Assembly: GCF_006345805.1 (NCBI RefSeq)
Contig: NC_043016.1
Location: 30,194,001-30,258,000 of the forward strand
Source: Octopus sinensis
Lineage: Eukaryota
Reading direction: 5' to 3'
Length of the DNA stretch: 64,000 nt
Part shown: positions 1 to 9,822 of the stretch, in pieces
How the letters are laid out: every line of letters begins with the position of its first letter
Position numbering within the stretch: position 1 is the stretch's first letter
Made by a program: the position numbers and the translations under genes
The notes under the pieces: generated by a model
The model's database searches: none
What the model saw: the letters and a program-made list of their open reading frames with translations, nothing else
Told to the model about the DNA's origin: nothing

Positions 1-657
1 ATGTATGGAAAGAGATGAGAAAATATGTCTTCAAATTTGGTGAAGTGATCTTTTAATATGAGACCAAGTAGCTTGGCTGCCAAAAGGCCAAGAATATCTC
101 TACTGACCTCTGCCAAACTCACTCTTCTCTCTGATATGTATTTCCTGCACATGTCAGATTGTGACCATTATTTCATGCAAATTTTTCCATTACTCTTCTT
201 ACCCATACAAATATGCCAGGACAGAGATTGATCAAAAGTAGGCTAATGTTACCTGATGTGAAATGTTGCTTCCAAGTATTGAAATTTGACGTGGCTTTTG
301 CCTATTATGAGACCATCATGGTTTTGAATATAAAGTACTGCTATAATAAAATGGTTGTTAAAGACTTATCTGGACAGTAAACATTTAATGGTGAGTGTCA
401 CACTCTGATGCCTCTGTGATAGTTGAAATATCATTCTTATTGCTAAGTAAAGACCTTTATAACTTTGATGATATATTTTTATCATAATTGTTGTTTTATA
501 AGTGTTGGTTTTGATACAACATAAATTAAGATATATGTTTAGATTCAAAAATCAAGATTTGAAGCCTTTGTAGATTAATTTTATACTGCAAATGTAACTA
601 AAACTTAAACCTACATTTTTAAATAGAAATTCCAGAGGAATTACTTCATTAACTCAG

Positions 658-775
658 TTGATGTGTGTGTGCATGTGTGCATGTGTACATGTGTATGTGT
701 GTGTGTGTGTGAGAGTATGTAGTATGTATGTATACATCCATGTTTGTATAAAGAGAGAGAAGGGGTAGATAGATT

Positions 776-809
<34 letters not shown>

Positions 810-985
810 TATGCACATAGACAGATAGACAGACAGACATACGTATGTATGATATCTGTATGTGTGAGCATATGTGTATATGTTTGCATGTGCATATGTG
901 TATATGTGTGTGTATTTGTACATATGTGATTTCAAGCTCATGTATGTGTGTTTGTATGTGCAACCATGTATGTGCTTGTGTGTGA
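658..985. repeat. Compound microsatellite (TG / TATG / GATA / GACA)
   Basis: Direct inspection. Confidence 0.9.
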
Positions 986-1687
986 AACCATATACCAAAT
1001 GAGTGAAAAAACAATACATACTGTAATGATATCCCACACAAAAGACATGGCAAACATGGCATCCATCTTAAAATCAAGATTTTCAAGAATGTTCTGTAAA
1101 AGAAAAAAAAAATTGAACATAGAAAAATTTTTTTTTTTTTTAACTCTTTAGAACACAATATGTTACTCAAATGTAATGCTTTGCATTCTGAGTTTAAATT
1201 CCGCCAAGGTTGGCTTTGCCTTTCATCCTCTTGAGATCGATAAAATAAGCACCAGTTGAGTACAGGGGTTGGTGTAACCGACTCCCCCCCCCCAAAAAAA
1301 AAGTAGTGGCCTTATGCTAAAATTTGAAACCATTATTTTGAATTAATCATGTATTACTTTGTAGCTTTGAAATTTCAATGATGTGATTGCTTATTTTTAG
1401 AATGTCATTGTCGGGAAGTTATGAGGGGCTGGATCTAGCCAGATAAAGGTAGAATACTTGGGTTAGAAATGGCTGACTAAACGTTTTAGCATTCAGATTA
1501 CTCTGTCAAATTTAAAGTTTATCTTTTCACATTGGTTTGAATCAGTCATATACTATCTCGTAGCTTTGAGATTTTGATGATGGGATTATAAACTTTTAGA
1601 ATGTCATTGTAGGGTGGGTGTTGAGAGGATGCATCTGGTCAGTTTGAATATAAAACAGGTAGAATATTTATGTGGGATATGGCTGAC

Positions 1688-2118
1688 TTAACCCATTAGC
1701 ATTTAAACTGGCCACATCCTCCAGTTTTCTGTTTAAATAGACCAGATTTTACCCCCTCTCCTCTCCCCCTCTCCTCTCCCCCTCCAATTTCTTCATTTTT
1801 TCACTTTTTTCTGTAACTCAAACCCTAACTCTAATCCTTACTCTAAAACCCCTAACCCTAACTCTAAAATCCTAAAACCCTAACCCAAACCCTAAAACCC
1901 TAACCCTAACCCTAACCCTAAAACCCTAACCCTAACCATAACTCTAAAACCCTAACCCTAACCCTAAAATCCTAACCCTAACCCTAAAACCCTAAAGTTA
2001 CAATGTCATTCTCAAAATAAACAACTGCATCATTGAAACCTCAAAGCTACAAGGTAATGTCTGTTTGATTCAAAACAATGTGAATAAATAAGCATTACAT
2101 TTGAATGCTAAGGGTTAA
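1688..2118. mobile_element. piggyBac-like MITE (TTAA..TTAA) containing a telomere-like array
   Basis: ttaa|cccattagcatt ... aatgctaaggg|ttaa. Related copies or fragments at 1487-1687, 28578-28804, 52020-52168 and 57577-57720. Confidence 0.7.
1820..1996. repeat. Interstitial telomere-like array, (CCCTAA)n punctuated by AACCCTAA
   Basis: About 17 exact CCCTAA units plus variants. Confidence 0.92.
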
Positions 2119-2782
2119 AAGCTAAAGATATGAATAATGTATTTGGTCTGTCTATACTCAGGTGAAGCGGTAAAGGCATTATATATTATCACTATCATAG
2201 TTGGTCTATCTATATACAGGAAATTTGGTGAAGACTATTACACATTATTGCTAACATATTTGGATTGTCTATGTTCAAAGAAGATATTACACATTACAAT
2301 AACTCACCTTATTCCATTTTTTTCTTTCTCAAATCAATTGAAAAAAAATTAAAAATAATTCTAATGAAGTTTCTTATGTCTGGTAATGTCAGCTATAATG
2401 TATGCATAACAATGTCATTTACAGTGCCATTTAGCTAGCTTCCAACACCATAGTAATTGACGCCAGAGGGAGTTAAATGGTACCATGATGTATATACATC
2501 AATATCAATTATGGTGGTGAGAAGAGTTCACAAATTATTTATATCCATTTCATCAGTGAAGCCAAGGAAAGATAAATGGTACCAACCATGATGTATGTAC
2601 AAGAATATTATCTATGGTGCCATGCAGAAAATAAATGGCATTAATCACATTGTATGTATAGTGTCTGGAAGAGATAAGTTGTCACAAAGCCATTTATGAA
2701 ATAAATTTAATTTCATGCAAGTTTATATGCTCCACAGTTAGTGGACAGTTGCACAGCTGTTTAAATTAAAGGGGGACTAAAA

Positions 2783-3399
2783 AATTTGGGATCTTTACTA
2801 AGATTTACAGGTTTAGAAAATAATTTTTTGTAACTAAACACTTTCAAACTTCGGACACTGGTAGAATGTGTCATATAAAACATCTTTTACTCTAAGCATT
2901 TTGAGAAAAACTTATATTTACGAAGTAATTTCACCTTAAAGTTGTAGTATTTCGGTAATTTCAACCAATCAATGACGTGTATTCAGCTGAATAAAATTAC
3001 TACTGTTGTTTGTAAACAACTATCGGTGGTGTATATTTCATTTGTCACTGTTATTTATGACACTGTTTGTGCGTTTGTACTGGTTTTAAGGTTTTAGGGT
3101 TAGGGTTAGGGTTGTCATAAATAACAGTGACAAACAAAAAATACACTGCCGATAGTTGTTGTTGACAAACAACAGCAGTAATTTTATTCAGCTGAATACA
3201 TGTCATTGATTGGTTGAAATTACTGAAATAGGACTGCTTTAAGATGAAATTACTTCGTAAATATAAGTTTTTCTCAAAAATGCTAAGAGTGAAAGATGTT
3301 TTATATGACACATTCTACCAGTGTCCAAAGTTTGAAAGTGTTTAGTTACAAAAAATTATTTTTTAAATCTGTAGGTCAAAAGGTAAAGATACAAAATTT
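2783..3399. mobile_element. Foldback element with arms of about 280 bp and a TTAGGG-containing spacer
   Basis: 2783-3062 is the imperfect reverse complement of 3113-3399. The 50-bp spacer contains ggttttaaggttttagggttagggttagggt. Confidence 0.85.
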
Positions 3400-4869
3400 G
3401 CCTGAAGGGATAATAGTTCAAATCCAATCTTAGGTACTGTACTGTATCCAAAGCCAAAACATATAAAGCTCTCTAAGCAGCAGGACTTATTTCAGATTTT
3501 TAGTTTTAGTGAATATTTGTGGATCAGAGCATAGTGAGCTGATTTTCATTTGCAAAGTTCAGTTTCTAATATAAAGATGTTATGAGTATGTACAACAGTG
3601 GGAGCATTATATAATTTCTGGATACTTCAATAACTTGCAGTGTTTATAATTGGGAATCTGGAGAGAAGATGTGGAAACCCATTTTATTATAATTCTCTTT
3701 CATAGCTCTTGGAATTAGTTGGAATATGCAAAAAAGAAAAATACAATTTCAGTATTTGAATCTCAACATATTTGTTGTAGTAACCTGAGGTATTTTAATT
3801 AAAACCACACTATTTGTGACAAGACCAAATTCTTTTTTTAAAATTGCTAATTCTTGTGAAAAAGATGGATAAACAATTCTAGCATTTTAATTAATTGTAA
3901 TTAAATATGGAATACAATAGGAAGTGAATTTGATCTTTGGTAGTTCTCGAATAACTCTAAATATATTTCATTCTTATTAGTCCTCTTCAAAAAGACATAG
4001 TTTAATTTTTATATGAGATTTTAAAATGACAAGAGATATATACAGGATTTTTGTTTATAAACACCAAGAGATGTTGTTTCTTGAAAAACAATTGGGGTAT
4101 TGCAGCTACTTAGGTCAGCTCCCAATCCAGCAAACCTATGATCAAACGTATTCCAGCCATGACCATCCACCATTTAGTATGTCTGAAACTGCATTTTCCT
4201 GTGGAATTTTTCTTTAAATAACACTATACCATCTTAATATAGTGTTATTTAAAAGATATTTGGCTGCTGTTTCTAGCAGGAATGAGGATTGCCTAATATT
4301 TTTCTCACTCCATTTCTGCTCAGGTTATCATACTTTCAGAACACCTTCCATTACCAATAAGATTGCCAAAATAACAGAAAATGTCAACTACTTCATATTT
4401 CATATAAATTTAAAAGATTTTGTATCATGGGTACTCATACAGCTAACTACTCTTGTGTATCAACTCTATACCAAAGCTTTCTCTGTCAATTGGCCTGTGA
4501 TTCCACTGCAACTCTTGTACATTCCTAGTTTACATTAGGTACACTGTATATATTTCTCACCTCATAGTGTTTTATTACATATTAAGTATGGTGACTCCCC
4601 AGGCTTGGTAGAATTCTATTTTCTCAACTGCTAATTGAAATTTTTGTTTTATATCTTCAGTATTTTTAAATTGTTTTCAGAATTGGAATTTCCTCTCTAA
4701 TTCTTTTACTGACTCAGCTATAAGAGCTAGTTCATTGCCTAACATTAGTTCCCATGGACAATCAGTCTTCAGCGCCTCTCTCATGGCCTAGAAGTTGAAG
4801 CTAAGAACCATACCCTGATGAACACCTGCCTGCATATTCAATTTGTTGCTGAATTTATTGTTAATTCTC

Positions 4870-5090
4870 ACTTTTTACTTGTTTCAGTCATTTGACTGTG
4901 GCCATGCTGGAGTACCACCTTTAGTCGAAGAAATCAACCCCAGGACTTATTCTTTGTAAGCCTAGTGCTTATTCTATCAGTCTCTTTTGCTGAACCGCTA
5001 AGTGAAAGGGACGTAAACACACCAGCATCAGTTGTCAAGTGATGTTGGGGACAAACACAGACACACAAACATATACACACACATACATAC

Positions 5091-5154
<64 letters not shown>

Positions 5155-5325
5155 TATATACACTGGCTTCTTTCAGTTTCCATCTACCAAATCCACTCAT
5201 AAGGCTTTGGTCAGCCCGAAGCTATAGTAGAAGACACTTGCCCAAGGTGCCATGCAGTGGGACTGAACCTGGAACCATGTGGTTGGTATGCAAGCTACTT
5301 ACCACACAGTCACTCCTGTGCCTAT
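4870..5325 (-). mobile_element. tRNA-headed SINE family 1 with internal (TA)n(TG)n microsatellite
   Basis: Reverse complement of the head ggagtgactgtgtggtaag..ggttcagtcccac..ccttgggcaagtgtc, then the microsatellite, then a 3' part ending gactgaaacaagtaaaa. Confidence 0.85.
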
Positions 5326-5649
5326 CTCTGCGCCTAATTTGTGTATAGAAATGTTACTTTGGTAACATTTCTATACACAAATTGTATGGCTTACATAAAT
5401 CCTTCATCAACAGATAGCTTGGCATCTTTGCACAGGTCAAAATCTGTTAATTATTTCCTGAATTTCCTTCAGCTATTTTTTGGATTCTTTTAATCCAAAC
5501 ATTATGTCTCACAATATCTGGTAATTCCTCCCAGAATTTCCTATGACTAATTTTAGATTCTCTTATTCCAAGTTCTGGATGGAGTTAACAACTATTAATC
5601 TCTTTCCAATAATCCCTTTGTTTATTTTTAGATACACTTAAGATTTAGT

Positions 5650-5906
5650 GTGGAGGTGTGAGGCTTAGTGGTAAGGGTGTCAGCACCATGATCGTAAGAT
5701 TGTGGTTTCGATTCCTGGACCGGGTGACATGTTGTGTTCTTGAGCAAAACACTTCATTTCACATTGCTCCAGTCCACTCAGCTGGCAAAAATGAGTAACG
5801 CTGCGATGGACTGGTGTCCCATCCAGCTGGGGAACACATACGCCATAGAAACTGGGAAACCGGGCCCATGAACCTGGCTAGGCTCTAAAAGGGTGCATTT
5901 ATATTT
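5650..5906 (+). mobile_element. tRNA-headed SINE family 3 with 12-bp TSD
   Basis: A/B-box-like head (ggcttagtgg; ggtttcgattcc). Central segments are reminiscent of CORE/V-type SINE domains (from recall). TSD ttaagatttagt at 5638-5649 and 5907-5918. Confidence 0.8.
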
Positions 5907-6241
5907 TTAAGATTTAGTAATCCCTTCAAGATGTCTAGTCTTTTGCCTCTTTCTTTTTATCTCCTGAAATTGATATAAGCTGTCATTCAAGGAAAATATA
6001 AGGAGCGAGAGGTATCTCACTGTTTCAACTAACAGAGAACAACAGATAAAAAGTAAACTGTTAATTTATAATCGTTAGTTTGACAAAATATATTTTGTCT
6101 GACTAATGATTATGGATTAAATGATTAGTCAATGTCACACGTATCTTTGGTCAGAAATAGTTTCTTTGAACATGTCATTTCCTGGAACATTTTAAAAGTA
6201 GTTATCTTCTGAGCTTATTAAATCTATTTACACACTTACCT

Positions 6242-6846
6242 TTGTCACCCTATCCCCTCTCTTTCTCTCCTCTCTCCTCTTTCTCTCCTTCTCTTCATTC
6301 TCTCCCTTTCCTCACCTTTCCCTTTCTTCTCTCTCCCTCTTCCTCTCCCTCTCTCTCCTCTCTCTCCCTATCTCCTCTCTCTCCCTATCTCCTCTCTCTC
6401 CCTCTCTTCTCTCTCTTTTTCGTCCCCTCTCCCTCCCTTCTCTCTCCTTTCTCTCCTCTCACTCTCATCTCTCCCCTCTCTCCCCTCTCTCCCTTTGCTT
6501 GTGTTTCGTTATCTTTGTTTCTCTTCCACCCTCTTTTCTCTTTCCTTTTGCCTATATCTCTCATTTTGTTACTCTCTCCATCCCCTTTCTTTTTTTCTAT
6601 TTTTCTTTCTCTCTCCACTCACTTCAGTCTATCACTTCTCAACTGCCTCTCTCTCTCTCCTTCTCACTGTCTTCTCCTACACTTACTTACACTTCCCCCA
6701 TTTCAATCTGTCTTTTCCTTTCACTCTCCTCCTTCATCCCTCTCCACATTAAAACAAAATCGATGTCAATTCTCTTGCAGCTAAAAACTAATTAAACTCT
6801 ATAAATATATACGTGAGTGGAAGTTCACTGAGAACATCACATGCAT

Positions 6847-6885
<39 letters not shown>

Positions 6886-6909
6886 AATACATACACACAT
6901 ACATACATA

Positions 6910-6940
<31 letters not shown>

Positions 6941-7091
6941 GAACATACACAACACACATACACACACACAAATACATACACACACACAAATACATACATA
7001 CAAATACATACATACATACATACATACATACAAATACATACATACATACATACATACATACAAATACATACATACATACATAGATACATAC
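6242..7091. repeat. Polypyrimidine tract (about 6242-6760) followed by a (CATA)n/(CA)n array (about 6840-7091)
   Basis: Direct inspection. Confidence 0.9.
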
Positions 7092-7232
7092 AAATTTTTA
7101 ATTGTAAAATATGAATGAAGGTAGATATTGAAATGCATGAAGGTGTTATGAGATTGGCCATTATGTAAATAAATTGATTTTGCTCTGTTCAAACTCTCCA
7201 TTTTCTTTATATTAAATATATATATATGCCTT
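7092..7232. repeat. 141-bp perfect inverted duplicate of 8597-8737
   Basis: Identical base by base to the reverse complement, including the (AT)6 run. Confidence 0.95.
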
Positions 7233-7465
7233 GACTGGCTTCCGTGCCGGTGACACATTAAAAGCACCAACCGATCGTGGCCGATGCCAGACTCCCCTGG
7301 CACATAAAAAGCACCCACTACACTCTCGGAGTGGTTGGCGTTAGGAAGGGTATCCAACTGTAGAAACTCTGCTAGATCAGACTGGAGCCTGGTGCAGCCT
7401 TCTGGCTTCCCAGATCCCCGGTCGAACCGTCCAACCCATGCTAGCACGGAAAACGGACGTTAAAC

Positions 7466-7499
<34 letters not shown>
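7233..7499 (+). mobile_element. RTE 3'-tail element (subfamily B)
   Basis: Homologous to the 3' end of the RTE LINE, with a (GAT)n tail and diagnostic ccggtcgaaccgtcc. Confidence 0.85.
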
Positions 7500-7670
7500 T
7501 ATGTGTGTATATATATATATATATATATCAGTGGTGTATGGTGGTTGTTGTACTGGGTGCGCTGCCACACCCAATGCCACCAAATTTCAAGCAGGGGTAT
7601 AGCAAAAGTTTCCCATTAAGATTTGCAATTAAATTAATGAGTAAGGTTAATATTTATAATGAATTTGCCA

Positions 7671-7839
7671 TATTTAAGAGAGTTCAAGCCAGACACTAAC
7701 AAAACAATATCAGGTCTCACAGTTCTATATTTAAGAGATGAGGAATTATGTACATTATTTACATTCGACGGATATTTGTCCTCATCTTGTTTGTTGTTAA
7801 CACAACGCTTCAGCTGATATAACCTCGATGGGTGTGCAC
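7671..7839 (-). mobile_element. PLE-type terminal repeat fragment flanked by a perfect 38-bp inverted repeat
   Basis: Nearly identical to 11677-11835 (about 4 differences). Arms at 7633-7670 and 7840-7877. Confidence 0.65.
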
Positions 7840-8269
7840 TGGCAAATTCATTATAAATATTAACCTTACTCATTAATATATACATAAGCACATTCAATTA
7901 AAGGTTAAATTAGCCTCTTTAAGGGATGGTATTATCCAATGAATTATTTATTGGGGATAATAATATTTGTAAAATATAGACCATGGTTTATAATCATTCA
8001 AATGAAAAATATGAAAATGGATAATAAAGATTTGCTGATAATAAAGATTTATTATCAGCAAAAATCAAAAACAGTCTCTTACAGCTCTTTCAGTAAAATT
8101 CAATAAAGATTAAATAAATATTATTAAAATCATTTTCGGAGGCAAAATTGCTTCAGAGGAGTAGGAAAAGGTATACCCTTAGGTTTTTTATGCGTTGTAT
8201 TATAGAATCATCACAGCAGACTCTGTGATGATAGCATTTCATTAAATGCTATATTTCCATATTCTTATT

Positions 8270-8314
<45 letters not shown>

Positions 8315-8596
8315 TATGTATGTATGTATTATGTATGTATGTATGTATGTATGTATGTATATATGTATGTATGTATGCATGTATGTATGTATGTATGTAT
8401 GTGTGTGTGTATGTATGTATATATATATAAAACTTAAAAAACATAACAGTAAATGCACAAATGGAAAACAGACATACACACACGTATGTATGTATGTATG
8501 TATTTATGTATGTATGTATGTATGTATGTATGTGTGTATGTATGTATGTATGTATGTATGTATGTATGTATGTATGTATGTATGTATGTATGTATG
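8270..8596. repeat. (TA)n / (TATG)n microsatellites
   Basis: Direct inspection. Confidence 0.9.
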
Positions 8597-9021
8597 AAGG
8601 CATATATATATATTTAATATAAAGAAAATGGAGAGTTTGAACAGAGCAAAATCAATTTATTTACATAATGGCCAATCTCATAACACCTTCATGCATTTCA
8701 ATATCTACCTTCATTCATATTTTACAATTAAAAATTTAGAAGATAAATAATCTTATCAGGGCAAAAATTGACATATTTATTTACATAAAGGGTTATTTTG
8801 CCAAAAATATATCCAGACTATGAAACCTGGTGCAGCCCCTGGCCTTACCAGTTCCTGTCAAGCCGTCCGACCCATGCCAGCATGGAAAATAGAGATTAAA
8901 TGTTGATGATAATGATGATGGTGATGATGATCCAGCTGCCAAGTGATGGTACTGTAACTGAGTATGATTTTTACCTCTGATTTTGAGCTATGAGTGTGAT
9001 AGTTACTATATTACCTTTAAG

Positions 9022-9323
9022 GGCGGCGAGTTGGAAAGGGCGGCGAGCTGGCAAGGGCGGCGAGCTGGCAAGGGCGGCGAGCTGGCATAGGGCGGCGAGC
9101 TGGCAGAAACGTTAGCACGCCGGGCGAAATGCTTAGCCGTATTTCGTCTGCCGTTAAGTGTTCTGGGTTCAAAATCCGCCGAGGTCGACTTTGCCTTTCA
9201 TCCTTTCGGGGTCGATAAATTAAGTACCAGTTACGCACTGGGGTCGATGTAATCGACTTAATCCCTTTGTCTGTCCTTGTTCGTCCCTTCTATGTTTAGC
9301 CCCTTGTGGGCAGTAAAGAAATA
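9022..9323 (+). mobile_element. Full-length tRNA-headed SINE (family 2) with 15-bp TSD, reiterated head and Tx1-like tail
   Basis: A-box-like ggcgagctggcag, B-box-like ggttcaaaatcc, central gcctttcatcctttcggggtcgataaattaagtacc. TSD tatattacctttaag at 9007-9021 and 9324-9338. Confidence 0.9.
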
Positions 9324-9331
9324 TATATTAC

Positions 9332-9436
9332 CTTTAAGCTTCCTTTGGTACAAAACTTAAACAAGACGCACATGTTTGGAGGATCAACACTTGCCCCAAG
9401 GAAGTTATTGATGTTTTCATGTGACCAGCCATGCAT
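9332..9436 (-). CDS. Receptor guanylyl cyclase exon, kinase-homology domain
   Basis: Acceptor gatttccag and donor AAG|gtaata; 105 nt, phase 0-0. Translates MHGWSHENINNFLGASVDPPNMCVLFKFCTKGSLK, which matches the NPR motif 'MR.L.H.N...F.GAC.DPPN.C.L..YC.KGSL'. The gene should continue beyond the left window edge. Confidence 0.9.
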
Positions 9437-9504
9437 CTGGAAATCAGACGAATACATATATGTAAAGATTTACTGTTTACTTTACAACAAGCTGTTATTG
9501 GAGA

Positions 9505-9822
9505 TGTACTCGCATAGCAAGTGACCAGATCTGAGATCGTGTGCTGCAACGAAAACAACTGCAGTGTGGAAGGTGTTTATAAGCCATTTAAGAAACACAC
9601 AAAAACCATAAGATTCACTTCAACATTTAAATTTAATTTGCCAAAATATTTTCGGCACTTTCAGACCACGACCTGTTCACTGACAAAATTCAGCATGGAA
9701 TTTTGTCAGTGAATCGGTTGCGGTCTCAAAGCAATGAAAATATTTTGGCAAATTAAATTTAAATGTTGAAGTGAATCTAATGGTTTTTGTGTGTTTCTTA
9801 AATGGCTTATAAACACCTTCCA
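9505..9822. mobile_element. Foldback repeat with arms of about 125 bp, in the guanylyl cyclase intron
   Basis: 9567-9691 pairs with 9698-9822 around a 6-nt loop. A related copy is at 20884-21175. Confidence 0.85.

Noticed and set aside
254-345. Short open frame bounded by AG/GT on the minus strand (LYIQNHDGLIIGKSHVKFQYLEATFHI)
   Set aside because: Does not match the expected next cyclase exon (D.L.N....LDW.F) in sequence or phase.
641-1170. Overlapping ORFs rich in HT/YI/CV/MY repeats (also at 6799-7161, 8246-8603, 13331-14098, 30641-31175)
   Set aside because: They are translations of di- and tetranucleotide microsatellites, which lack stops in several frames; no domain content.
1820-1996. 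Array as evidence of a chromosome end or fusion site
   Set aside because: Short, single orientation, enclosed in a MITE, with no head-to-head telomere arrangement.
5650-5725. tRNA gene (also the heads of SINE families 1 and 2)
   Set aside because: A/B boxes are present, but there is no complete cloverleaf and each continues into SINE body with tail or TSD.
6242-6795. Leu/Ser/Pro-rich and Arg/Glu-rich ORFs
   Set aside because: Arise from a polypyrimidine tract.
9021-9105. CRISPR-like direct repeats
   Set aside because: No spacers, eukaryotic context, and the repeats are the SINE head.
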